Shown here in pieces: positions 1-12,356 of a stretch of DNA of 64,000 nucleotides. The translations under genes and the position numbers were made by a program. Under the pieces are notes generated by a model. The model was not told where the DNA came from. It saw nothing but the letters and a program-made list of their open reading frames with translations, and did not search any database. The number at the start of each line of letters is the position of its first letter. The stretch's first letter is position 1. Source of the stretch: Octopus vulgaris (Eukaryota); NCBI GenBank assembly GCA_951406725.2, contig OX597840.1:12958001-13022000 (forward strand), in the 5' to 3' direction.

Positions 1-49
<49 letters not shown>

Positions 50-445
50 CCACACACACTTTCTTAATCCTGTTGGTCAGTGAGTCAGGTTAATTTGCAT
101 CACACTCTCAATGGTGGAGTCGGTGGTGGCAGTGGCAGTGGTGGTGGTGGCAGTGGTAGTGGTGGTGGTGGCAGTGGCAGTGGTGGTGGTGGCAGTGGTA
201 GTGGTGGTGGTGGCAGTGGCAGTGGTGGTGGTGGTGGTGGTGGTGGTGGTGGTGACGGTGGCAATGATAATTTTTTAATGATGTTGGATATAATAGTAAA
301 GGCGATGATAGCAGTGGTGATGCTGACAGTGTTGGTAGTGGTGGTGGTTGCAGCGGCGGTGGTTGTGGGGTGACGGTGGTGGTGATAAGATAAACGAATT
401 CTAGTTATGAAGATGTGTCTGTAGAGATGAGATAAAGAGATAGTA

Positions 446-845
<400 letters not shown>

Positions 846-1341
846 GTTTCTTTATTGGCCACACAGGGCTGCACACAGATGGGACAAGTTACAAGGTAGA
901 GCTTTTCTTTTGGGGGATGAAGAGAACAAAAAACAAAAGAAAAAAAAAATGGGTGGCGTAGGTTTTCGATCAAGAGGGATCGTAAAAGGGAAGAAAAGAA
1001 CAAAAACAAAAAAGGAAAAGGAAAAGGAACAAAAGGAAAGAGAAATGAAAAAAGAAGAAAAAGGGGAAAAAAATGGGGAAGAGGGAAAAAAAAAAAAGAA
1101 CGATCAATAGGGATCGTGTATCACAGTGTTATGATATATGGTGTAAAGGGGAAAGCAAGTAAGGTTTATCCATGGGAAGAAAAGCCTACGAAAAAGACCA
1201 CGGTAACCTTAGTCAATATTGTTATATGTTACCACATTTGTTTGCAAGTGGGTAACCCTCTGTTTTCAATTTCTGGGTTCATAGGATTATGCTCAAGGTG
1301 GCTTCGTCACTCATACGTGCCATCCTTGCTACATTCACCCA
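846..1341 (-). mobile_element. 5'-truncated non-LTR retrotransposon 3' end (L1/Tx1-like), embedded in (GATA)n
   Basis: Minus strand reads an ORF tail (WVNVARMARMSDEATLSIIL*), a T-rich 3'UTR, then GGCCAATAAAGAAA; GATA arrays on both sides. Clade is inferred. Confidence 0.5.
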
Positions 1342-1642
1342 AGATAGATAGATAGATATATAGATAGATAGATAGACAGAGAGAGACAGACAGACAGAGA
1401 CAGAGGAAGCAAACAGTATTTGTTATGATGTAAATTTGGTGCTGTAAATATTACAACATATTTTATAATGGAAGGGTAATCTGTTATAATATATGTTAAT
1501 TTATGCAGAGTAGGAAGAGAAGGAAAAGAAGAGAGAAGGAGAGAAAGGGTTGTATGCAAGTAGTGTGTATGTGTGCGTGTGTGAGTGTGTGTGTGTATGT
1601 GTGTGTGTGTGTAATTGCATCTGGGTTTTTCCATATGTGTGC

Positions 1643-1691
<49 letters not shown>

Positions 1692-1692
<1 letters not shown>

Positions 1693-1722
1693 TAGCAGAG
1701 ATACCCGGCGTTGCTCAGGATT
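1692..1722 (-). mobile_element. Helitron 3' terminus fragment
   Basis: Minus strand TGAGCAACGCCGGG..CTGCTAG, matching the Helitron ends at 5574-5601 and 20967-20994. Confidence 0.6.
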
Positions 1723-1949
1723 AAAGTGGCATAGTTTTTTTTATTGTTTTACTTGTTTCGCTCATGTGATTGCAGCCATGGTGGAGCAATACATTTATTC
1801 TTTGTAAGCCTAGTATATATTCTATCAGTGTCTTTTGCTGAACTGCTAAGTTATGGAGATATAAACACAGCAACATCGGTTGTCAAGTGATGGTAGGGGT
1901 ACAAATACAGACACACACATGCACAGATATTGGCCCATATATATATATA

Positions 1950-2131
1950 GGGAGAGTTTACGAAAAAAACAAAAGATGAAGACAGGTGGTGTACATAGCA
2001 AACAGATGTATTAGTATAACACTCAGGAATAGAAAAAGTCTTTTACGTTTCGAGCCTACGCTCTTCTACAGAAAGGGACGCAGAAAAAACAAGGAGAGAA
2101 AAAATGTGTGTAGTGGCTAACGATACAAAAT
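1950..2131 (-). mobile_element. Solo Penelope-like terminal repeat (pLTR, family P1) with flanking direct repeat
   Basis: Highly similar to 60737-60920, the 3' end of the GIY-YIG element; flanked by ATATTGGCCC(AT)n at 1927-1949 and 2132-2154. Confidence 0.75.
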
Positions 2132-2141
2132 ATATTGGCCC

Positions 2142-2172
<31 letters not shown>

Positions 2173-2374
2173 AAATTAAGAGGAATTACCTAGTATCGTA
2201 ATATAATTAACAGTGTATAAAATGAAAAAAGTCCTGTTACTGTATGCTTGCCAAAAACGCTGAAGAGCTTCATGTAAAAATATGAGTTGCTCCCCTTGAC
2301 ATATTGCTTCATCTCTGTTTATTTTTTTTAACAAAGATGTCATCATATTGAGAGCAAAAAAGTTTTCTCTACAT

Positions 2375-2412
2375 ATAAGTTGACAACCGTTGATCGTGAA
2401 ACCGGTACTTAT
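2375..2412 (+). ncRNA. Minimal type-I hammerhead ribozyme-like motif, U3-A8 core variant
   Basis: ATAAG|TTGACAA|CCGTTGATCGT|GAAA|CCGG|TA|CTTAT: 5-bp stem I (ATAAG/CTTAT), short stem II, palindromic stem III, GUA triplet. Confidence 0.65.
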
Positions 2413-3099
2413 TTAATTTGTAATGATGTAATATCTTCCTCATATCGCCATAAGTTTTATTATGCAAACTTTCTGTGACTTTTACATTTCTTTCTTAACT
2501 ACATATATATATATATATATACATACGCATGTATGTATGTATATATATATATATATATATATACATATATATACATATATATGTATATATGCATATATAT
2601 ATAAAATACAAAATGAGACAAGAACGCAAAACATTCAGACAACTAGGTGATACAAAAAGGGATAATTTATATATACATATGTATATATATACATATATAC
2701 ATATACATCTATATATATGCATGTATAAATTTATATCTGTATATATATATATATATATATATACATATATATATACATATATATGTACACACACACATAT
2801 ATATACACATATATACATGCATACATATTCATTTTTGTGTGTTCATGTGTGTATGTGTGTACCTCTGTCTTCTTGTGTGTGCATGGGAAGTGTGTGTGTG
2901 TGTGTGCTTGTCTGTCTGTATTACCTATGTACCTATGTTTCTATTTATCTATCTGTTTACTTGCATATCCATCTACCTATACGCACACACACACACACAC
3001 ATATATATATATGTATGTATGTAGGTATATATACATACGTCTACATAACTGCCTACTAAGAACTCTAGCTGTGTGTATATAAACTGTGGGTATTGGGGT

Positions 3100-3404
3100 A
3101 TGACTACCTTCCACGTATATTTCATATTTAGTACTGGAGATTTTTCATCTTTGAGAATGTACTCCTGTATTTGTCTGAGTGTTGAGTCCTTTGGGTGCTT
3201 AGATAAAATGCAGATGTCAAGATGACACAGTGTGCCTCCATGTTGGTCTTTGACATGTTGGTAGAGTATGGAGCTCTGTCTTTTGCCATCATATTGTCTT
3301 AAATGTTCATTTAGTCTCTCTGCAATGCTACTAGATGTCTCACCTATATATATCATATTCTTGTCTTTACAAGCCCCCTCTATGCACAGGGAGTATAAGT
3401 TCAA
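3100..3404 (-). pseudogene. GIY-YIG endonuclease remnant of a Penelope-like retroelement
   Basis: ORF 2973-3404 contains IYIGETSSSIAERLNEH..SILYQHVKDQH..RQIQE..PVLN. Confidence 0.8.
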
Positions 3405-3641
3405 ATCATTTGAGCACTATTGTTTTCTCTATTGAGCATCTCTGAATGTCATTTGTTGACTATATATGTTTGTGTGCATATAGTTCTCTCTCCATTTTTT
3501 TTCCTCTCATCCCCTTCTGTTGAAGAGCGTAGGCTCAAAATGTCAAACAATTCTGGTTGACCCAGGCAAGCATGGAAAAGTGGATGTCAAAACAATGATG
3601 ATGATGATGTGTGTTTATGTGTAATAGAATTTAGAGATGAC

Positions 3642-3705
<64 letters not shown>

Positions 3706-3729
3706 TAATTACAAGTATGTATGTATCTA

Positions 3730-4124
3730 GATTGATTGCGAAACTGCTGAATCACACAAAATCAACGACACCTTATGACAATCAGTTGGACATATTGATC
3801 TTTCGTCTGTGAGAATCAACAACTTGAAATCAATAACTGTCAGTTAATACAAGACATCTAGCTAAGTATATTAGTGTTTGATCAATGCGATACAACAGTC
3901 CCAATCAAAAATTACATGACAATCAGCTTGGTATATTGGTAATTGATCTATGATACTCAGCAGTTGCTGTCAATAGCAATAGATCAACTAGCTAGATATA
4001 TATTGATCTTTGATCTGTGAGACTCAGTACCTTCAAATCAATAACTACAAATCAGCTTGCCAGATATATAAATTTTTGATCAGTGAGACTCAGCACACTA
4101 ATTCACTGGCTACAGATAAATAAG

Positions 4125-4156
<32 letters not shown>

Positions 4157-4735
4157 CTTATTGATCTGTAGCCAGTGATTTAGAGTGCTGAGTCTCACTG
4201 ATCAAAAATCCTGTATGTTATATATTTTAATAATTACTGGTATCTTTATATATTTTATATGTAAAGCATAATATGTCTTACATATATGTATATTCTTATA
4301 ATTGTCATTTTAGTAAATAAATAAATAAGTTGACATAATATAATGCCTAAAAGTTGATGAACCACAAACTGATCCCCTCCATTTTCTGATTGCTCTCTCT
4401 CTATAAATATATTGATCTTTGATCTGTGAGACTCAATACCTCCAAATCAATAACTACAAATCAGCTAGTCAGATATATCAATCTTTGATATGTGTGACTC
4501 AACACTTTCAAATCGATAAATACAGATCAGCAATATAGATATACCAAGTTTTGATTCGTGAGACACAGTTTTAAATCTCCAGCAACAAATCAACTAGCTA
4601 GATAAATATTGATCTTTGATCTGTAAGACTCAATGCTTCCATATTGAAAAATACAGATCAGCTATGTAGATATATTGATTTTTGGTAAGTGAGACTCAAG
4701 ACTTAAATTAATAGCTACAAATCAACTAGGTTGAT
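3730..4735. repeat. Diverged ~66-bp tandem minisatellite
   Basis: GATCTGTGAGACTCAA..AAATCAATAACTAC..ATATTGATCTTT units start at ~4012, 4078, 4421, 4487, 4553, 4618 and 4684; the array resumes at ~5780-5830 and ~7680-8040. Confidence 0.85.
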
Positions 4736-4738
4736 ATA

Positions 4739-5768
4739 CAGGGTGTCTCCAAAAATGGACATCATTTTGTAGTTTGATAACATAGTCAGTTCTTGCTCAA
4801 ATGATCTCAAATTTTAACAAATTGTGTAAAAACTAAGTTTGGATGCCAGTGATAATGACAATGTGCTGTTGAAATGGCCACCATATTCACCTCACTTGAC
4901 ACCTTGTGATTTTTTTCTATGGGGCTATGTGATAGGGCTGGTCTATATCCGCCACCACTTTGTACAAGCCTAGAGGAATTCAAGCAGAGAACCACAGAGG
5001 TACTGGTAAATGTTATGGAAGACATACTACAGGATGTTTGACACGAGTTGGACGACTGACTTGACATGTATCATGTCAAAGGTGGTGTGCATCTTGAACA
5101 TTTGTGAAGCTTTGTGAAATCTATATATATAAAACTCAACTTGTGTGTCTGTGTGTTTAACTTTTAGATCTACCAAGTTTCATTATTAAGGATGGAAAGT
5201 AGTGTGTAGCAAATCTATATATATAAAGCTGAAGTTGTCTGTGCCTGGCAGGTTTGGTAGCCTTCAACTAACATTATCTCCTCCGAGACCCTGCAGCGCA
5301 AGTTGACCAAAATTGAGAGTATGATAGAAGAAGGCTTGCTCTTCATTCTGTAGAAGATAAAATTCAAATCGGACCATGTTAACACCAAAAATTATTTACA
5401 TCAAAGAGGTGCTTTTTTTCTATGAAAATCCCTATTTTTTATGATTTCTGACTGCTGTGTCACCATTTTTCGGTGTATTCAACTGAAAAAATGTTCACTT
5501 GAAGAGAATAACAAGTTGCATAATGCAAAATTTTTACTTTTCAAAAATTCCAATTCTAAAGGGTCAAAACAAACCCAAGCAACACCGGGTGATACTGCTA
5601 GTCGGTTATAAAATCTACATCCCTCTGAATCTCTTGCTTGAATTTTGAGAAATAAATCCGTTATTGTCCGACATGAAGCCTATTTAATCTTGTTTGCCTC
5701 AGACATGTAGTTACTCAGATATTTACATTTCAAATGATGTCAATTTTTTTCTATGTGGGAGGACCCTG
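4739..5768 (+). mobile_element. Internally deleted Tc1/mariner-superfamily element with nested Helitrons
   Basis: TA|CAGGGTGTCTCC ... GGAGGACCCTG|TA termini; degenerate WPPYSPHLTPCDFF-WGYV transposase motif at ~4875-4932. Confidence 0.8.
5214..5601 (+). mobile_element. Non-autonomous Helitron
   Basis: A|TCTATATATATAAA start, hairpin-like CCCAAGCAACACCGGG, CTAG|T end, no TSD; a second truncated 5' end begins at 5120. Confidence 0.8.
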
Positions 5769-6229
5769 TATATCTAATTCTGATCTGTAAGACTGAGACT
5801 CAATGCTTTTAAATCAATAACTATAGATCATATATACATGGCCTCTGTCTATCATTAATGATCCTGAAAGAAGGTCCTAGTGGTCTTCCTGACTGTAAGA
5901 GTGTTGTCTGGCCGAACAGACTAATGCATTATTAGTAGTCTCTAAGGCAGGGAGCTGGCAGAATCGTTAGCATGCCAGGCAAAATGCTTAGTGGTATTTC
6001 GTCTGTCAAATGTTGACAACCACATTTTGGCAATTCCTGTGACAATGCTGGTGCCAAATTGTAAAACCCATGCTATTTCTTTGGGTCCATCAGAGATGTG
6101 GAATGTTGGTGGTGGGGAGCAGGACATGCTGCATGAGCACCAACCTGTCCGCCATTCAACGCTGCCCAAACTTGGGTTCTATGGAATGCCTATGTGATGG
6201 AAGGTGTCAACTGCCCACAACCAGCAGAC

Positions 6230-6640
6230 AAAGGTGACACTTGTTTACTGGTCATGCTTCAAGAACCCTGCGAAGAATTCTTGCAGTTCCAAGCAATGCT
6301 GATTTTTGTAGGTGTTCTACTTTCACACTTGCACCAATCTTTTTGAGCCATGTCGGTAGTTGAATACTTCCAAGTGCACCAATTACTATTGGTACCACAT
6401 CTACTCTCCTCATTGACCTTCATATTTCCCACTTCAAATCATCATAGTTGTTCGTTTTTTCTTCATTTTACTCACTGATCTTGTTGTCACCAGGGCATGC
6501 TATGCCAATTATCATACAAGTTCTTTCTTTATTTTCCACTACAACAATGTCCGGTTTCCAATGTGTGGTCAGGTAATCACAGTGGATCACTGCATCCCAC
6601 AGGATTTTGCAATTTTTATTCTCATTCTTCTCTATTATCA
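6230..6640 (-). pseudogene. R4/Dong-like non-LTR retrotransposon, restriction-like endonuclease fragment
   Basis: Minus strand KILWDAVIHCD..KPDIVVV..IACPGD..VVPIVIGALGS..QKSALLGTARILRRVL, with stops. Confidence 0.75.
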
Positions 6641-6798
6641 TTCTTCTTCTTCTTCTTCTTCTTCTTCTTCTTCTTCTTCTTCTTCTTCTTCTCCTCCTCC
6701 TTCTTCTTCTTCTTCTTCTTCTTCTTCTTCTTCTTCTCCTTCTTCTTCTTCTTCTTCTTCTTCTTCTTCTTCTTCTTCTTCTTCTCCTCCTCCTCCTC
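6641..6798. repeat. (TTC)n/(TCC)n microsatellite
   Basis: Direct reading. Confidence 0.97.
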
Positions 6799-7100
6799 TA
6801 GTTCATGGATTCCTAAGTATTTGTAAGTTTGGCTTTGGTCTAATTCTTTTATTTCATTGGTTTTATTTAGTGTGATGTTGCTACTCTTAACTAGTTTTCC
6901 TCTTTTCATGGTTACTTTGGCGCATTTTTCTAATCCAAATTTCATATCTATTTCTTTGGTAAATCCATGAACTGTCATTAGTTGTGTTTCCAGCTGTTTG
7001 TCATTTGTAGCATATAGTTTTAGGTCATCTATATATAAAAGGTGGCTGATCGTTTTGCCGTAACATTTATATTCACATCCAGTTCTATTTAGCATATCAG
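6799..7100 (-). pseudogene. Reverse transcriptase fragment, R4/Dong-like non-LTR retrotransposon
   Basis: ISHLLYIDDLKLYA..MKFGLEKCA..TYKYLGIHE (RT motifs 5-7 region). Confidence 0.88.
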
Positions 7101-7154
7101 ATTTATCATTATTATTATTATTATTATCATCAATATTATTATTATTATTATTAC

Positions 7155-7392
7155 TTTTTTTTTTCTTCTTTCAAATTTGCTTCCATTTCTTGCCGAGTGT
7201 CTTCCCGACTCCTAGGGCAAAGAAACTCATAGTGTACATTGGTAGGCCATTAAACCAAACTCAATAGTTCGTTCATTTTTTTTTATTTTTTTTTTTTAAG
7301 TTAAATTAAAATACATGAGCAGCAACAGTTCTCACATCGACAATGCTCTTCTCAATACGTGTGATGTACCAGTTAAGACAATCTTTTGCACT
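7155..7392 (-). mobile_element. R4/Dong-like LINE 3' end between (TAA)n tracts
   Basis: Minus strand VQKIVLTGTSHVLRRALSM* plus a 3'UTR, flanked by TTA repeats. Confidence 0.6.
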
Positions 7393-7417
7393 TCTTATTA
7401 TTATTATTATTTTGCAC

Positions 7418-7457
<40 letters not shown>

Positions 7458-7679
7458 GACGGTGAACTAGCAAAATCATTAGCACTCTTAGTGGTATTTT
7501 GTACATCTTTATATTCAGAGTTCGAATTCTGCTGAGGTCAACTATGCTTTTCATTCTTTCAGGGTTGATAAAATAAATACCTGTTGAAAACTGGGATCGG
7601 TGCAATTGACTGCCCCCCATCCACCCACCCACCTTCCTAAATTTACTGTGCCAAAGATTTAAAACTTATGTCACACCCA

Positions 7680-8040
7680 GGAAAATCAACAAGCTAGACA
7701 TATCAGCATTCAATCAATGAGGCTCAAAGGTTTTAATCAATAAATATACATCAACAAGCTAAACATATCACATATCAGTGATCGATCTGTCAGACTCAAC
7801 AGTTCCGATCAATAACTACAGATCAACGATCAACTAGCTAGACGCATTGGTGTTCAATCAGTGGGTTTGAATAGTTTGAAATCAATAACTACATTACAAT
7901 CAGTTAGATATATTGATGTTTGATCTGTGGGACTCAAAAGTTTCAATAAAGAAAAATCAATAAGTACGTGACATCACTAGGTATATTGATATTCGATCTG
8001 TGGGACATAACAGGTCTACAAATAATCAATAACTGTAGTG
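7680..8040. repeat. Continuation of the ~66-bp minisatellite
   Basis: Recurrent GATCTGT.GGACTCAA..ATCAATAACTAC units. Confidence 0.7.
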
Positions 8041-8280
8041 AAAAGGTGTTCTGTCCTCTGGACATATTGCTCTCAGGACTTCGGTATTTGTGATTATTAA
8101 CACATACATACATTAATACATACGTACATACATGCACACAAACACACACACGCACACACATATATATGCACATACACACACCTATACATATATGAACATA
8201 TATAGGAACACACACTAACACACACATATGTGCATGTGTATATGTATAAATGAATATATATATACACATATAAATATATA

Positions 8281-8336
<56 letters not shown>

Positions 8337-8355
8337 CATACACATATGTATATAT

Positions 8356-8408
<53 letters not shown>

Positions 8409-8597
8409 TATACATAGATACATATATACATATATTTGTATATATATATATATATACATACATACACACATACTAGCTGTAGAAACTCTGCTAGATCAGA
8501 TTGGAGCCTGGTGCAGCCATCTGGTTTGCCAGTCATCAGTCAAATCGTCCAACCCATGCTGGCATGGAAAGCGGATGTTAAACAATGATGATATATA

Positions 8598-8954
<357 letters not shown>

Positions 8955-8958
8955 TGTA

Positions 8959-8989
<31 letters not shown>

Positions 8990-9000
8990 GTATATGTATG

Positions 9001-9041
<41 letters not shown>

Positions 9042-9043
<2 letters not shown>

Positions 9044-9294
9044 ATAAATATTTTATATATAAAGAACGTGAAATACAGGAAGGGACAAACACGGAACACA
9101 GACAAATCATTCGAAGCCTTCAATCTTCAGTCAGACACCGAATCATCATCGCAAATTTCGGCTGTTCAATTCTGATATTTGCTCCAACTCGGCCAGCCCC
9201 AAGAAAAAAAACTAAGCTGTAGGCATTAGATTTCTTAGTAGAAGACAAGAATGTAAACGCACGAGACGGATGTAAATACGAGAGACGAAAACGA
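9042..9294 (-). mobile_element. Penelope-like terminal repeat candidate, family P2
   Basis: Homologous to 14036-14330; abuts (TA)n; minus strand has CTGAAGA-N11-GAAT, a hammerhead-like core. Confidence 0.5.
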
Positions 9295-9531
9295 CTCTTT
9301 TACTTCTTTGCTTATTTCAATCATTTGATTGCAGCCATGCTGGAGCATCACCTTTAGTCGAGCAAATCAACCCCAGGACTTATTCTTTGTAAGCCTAGTA
9401 CTTATTCTATTGGTCTCTTTTGCCAAACTGCTAAGTTACCGGGACATAAACATACCAGCATCGGTTGTCAAGTGACGTTGGGGGGACAAACACAGACACA
9501 CAAACACAAACACACACACGCATATGTATAT

Positions 9532-9565
<34 letters not shown>

Positions 9566-9697
9566 GACAGGCTTCTTTCAGTTTCCATCTACCAAATCCA
9601 CACACAAGGCTTTGGTCGGCCCAAGGCTATAGTAGAAGACACTTGTCCAAGGTGCCATGCAGTGGGACTGAACCCAGAACCATGTAGTTGGTAAGCA
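9295..9697 (-). mobile_element. tRNA-derived SINE family B (bipartite, internal microsatellite)
   Basis: Matches complete copies at 16876-17282, 43010-43384, 58787-59156 and 63323-63712. Confidence 0.85.
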
Positions 9698-9915
9698 ATA
9701 CATATATATATATATGCATATACATACATGCATACAAACATGTACATACATGTATGTACATAAATAGATATGTGATACATATATGTATGTATACATGAAT
9801 ACGTACACATATGCACATACATACTTGAACATACATACACACTCATGCATATGCACACACACACACACTCACACATGCACATATGCATACAAGAAAACTC
9901 ATACACAAACACACT

Positions 9916-9969
<54 letters not shown>

Positions 9970-10486
9970 GACATTAATTCAGCTGCCAGTTTTGCTAATA
10001 AATATTCCATTTTTCCAATTAACAGAACATTCTAGTAAATAATAAAGGCTTTTAATTAAAACCTAAGTCTAGTAATTTCGAGGGGGTGGGGTTAATTGAT
10101 TCTATTGAACCTAGTACTTTATTCTGTTGGTTTTATATTTCATTGGCCCCTGGGAGCATGAACAGCAAAATTGACTTCAACAGGATTTGAACTCAGAACT
10201 AAAAGAACCAGAAAAAAAAAACCCACAGGCATACCACTGCCTTAAAAACCATTCCAACTTGTCGCCCTTGCATTCTACCAATCTACCACGACCCTTGTGT
10301 TTTATCAATCTACAACCTTTTGCAGTTTTCTCCTGTAGCCCTAGGCTCATGAAAGCCTTGATAGGGGATTTGGTAGAATGAAAATGAAAGAAGTCCACTG
10401 TGTATGTGTGTGTGTTTTGCATTCTTGTCCCATTTTGTGTATATATATATATGTGTGTGTGTGTGCATATGTGTGTATGTGTGTGT

Positions 10487-10857
10487 GGAGGTGCAATGGC
10501 CTAGTGGTTTGGGCAGCAGACTCACGATCATAGGATCATGGTTTCGATTCCCAGACCGGGCGTTTTGAGTGTTTATTGAGTGAAAACACATAAAGCTCCA
10601 CGAGGCTCTGGCAGAGGGTGGTGGCAACCACTGCTGTACTCTTTCACCACAACTTTCTCTCACTCTTTTTTCCTGTTTCTGTTGTACCCATATTTCAAAG
10701 GACCAGCCTTGTCACGCTGAATTTCCCTAAGAACTATGTTAAGGATACATGTATTTGTGGAGTGCTCAGCCACTTGCATGTTAATTTCACGAGCAGGCTG
10801 TTCTGTTGATCGGATCAACTGGAACCCTCATCGTTGTAACCGACAGAGGGCCAACCG
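10487..10857 (+). mobile_element. tRNA-derived SINE family A
   Basis: A-box TGGCCTAGTGG, B-box GTTTCGATTCC; homologous to 11965-12345. Confidence 0.85.
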
Positions 10858-10879
10858 ATATATATATATATATATATGT

Positions 10880-11262
10880 GGTTGATTTCCTCTTGAGCAC
10901 TGGGCCTGATCGAACCAAAGTGGCTGAGCTCCTTTTGAGCATTGGGCCACATGGAGGCCAAGTGGCTGAGTTCCTTTCGAGTGTTGGGCCTCACAGAGGC
11001 AATGACCAAGACCTTTGGCAATATGCTGTGCTTGAGAAGAAGACCCATCAAGCCGAGCAAAATTGCAGTTGAGACAGATACTGGTGTCATGCAAATGGCA
11101 CTTGTGCAAGTGTCATGTAAAATCAACCTTTGGACTCTCGGGGTGGTTGGCATTAGGAAGGGCATCCAGCAATAGAAAACCATGCCAAATCAGACTGGAA
11201 TCTGGTGCAGCCCAGTCAAATCATCCAACCCATACCAGCATGGACAACAGACACTGAATGAT
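10880..11262 (+). mobile_element. RTE-like LINE 3' fragment
   Basis: Frameshifted ORF end LGLTEAMT/DQDLWQYAVLEK, then the shared 3'UTR GGTTGGCATTAGGAAGGGCATCCAG and a short (GAT)n tail. Confidence 0.7.
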
Positions 11263-11289
11263 GCTGCTGCTGCTAATATATATATATTT

Positions 11290-11472
11290 ACTCTTTTACT
11301 TGTTTCAGTGATTTGACTGTGGCCATGCTGGAGCACTGCCTTTAGTTGAGCAGATCGAACACAGGACTTATTCTTTTGTAAGCCTAGTACTTCTTCCATC
11401 GGTCTTCCTTGCCAAACCGCTAGGTTACGGGGACGTAAACACACCAGCATCGGTTGTCAAATATATACACAC

Positions 11473-11519
<47 letters not shown>

Positions 11520-11664
11520 GGGCTTCTTTCAGTTTCCATCTACCAAATCCACTCACAAGGCTTTGGTCAGCCTGAGGCTATAGTAGAAGGTGCAACGCAG
11601 TGGGACTGAACCCGGAACCATGTGGTTGGTAAGCAAGCTATATACCACACAGCCACTTCTATGC
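11290..11664 (-). mobile_element. SINE family B
   Basis: Both halves present, internally deleted. Confidence 0.85.
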
Positions 11665-11964
11665 CTATATATATATATATATATAGTCATATTGAATAAA
11701 TAACCATTAGAAATAACAATAACAAACAACAAAAGGGCATGCACACAGGATGTATTAGTTTCACTAACACTCTGTAAAAAAAAGAGAGAGTTTCTGACAT
11801 CTCAACCATAGCACATGCTCACACGGACCCTCTTATGTCCTTCGGACAGATTTGGAATACCTGATTCATGGATTTTCTTACTCTACTGTTGAGTTATGTT
11901 ACCATTAAATTCTTTCAGAGTATGTTGTTTCTGCACCTTTGATTGTGAATATATATAGGCGTAT

Positions 11965-12345
11965 GGAGGTGCAATGGCCCAGTGGTTAGGGCAGCGGACT
12001 CGCGGTCATAGGATCGCGGTTTCGATTCCCAGACCGGGCGTTGTGAGTGTTTATTGAGCGAAAACACCTAAAGCTCCACGAGGCTCCGGCAGGGGATGGT
12101 GGTGATCCCTGCTGTACTCTTTCACCACAACTTTCTCTCACTCTTACTTTCTGTTTCTGTTGTACCTGTATTTCAAAGGGCCGGCCTTGTCACTCTCTGT
12201 GTCACGCTGAATATCTCCGAGATCTACGTTAAGGGTACACGTGTCTGTGGAGTGCTCAGCCACTTACACGTTAATTTCATGAGCAGGCTGTTCCATTGAT
12301 TCGGATAAACCGGAACCCTCATCGTCGTAACCGACAGAGTACTTC
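11965..12345 (+). mobile_element. tRNA-derived SINE family A, well-preserved copy
   Basis: GGAGGTGCAATGGCCCAGTGGTTAGGGCAGCGGACTCGCGGTC..GGTTTCGATTCCC head; other copies at 16110-16278(-), 23633-23935(+) and ~29030-29205(-). Confidence 0.88.
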
Positions 12346-12356
12346 CACCCATATAG

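Noticed and set aside
11965-12040. SINE A head as a functional tRNA-Arg gene
   Set aside because: Continues into a multi-copy SINE body without a terminator; cloverleaf imperfect
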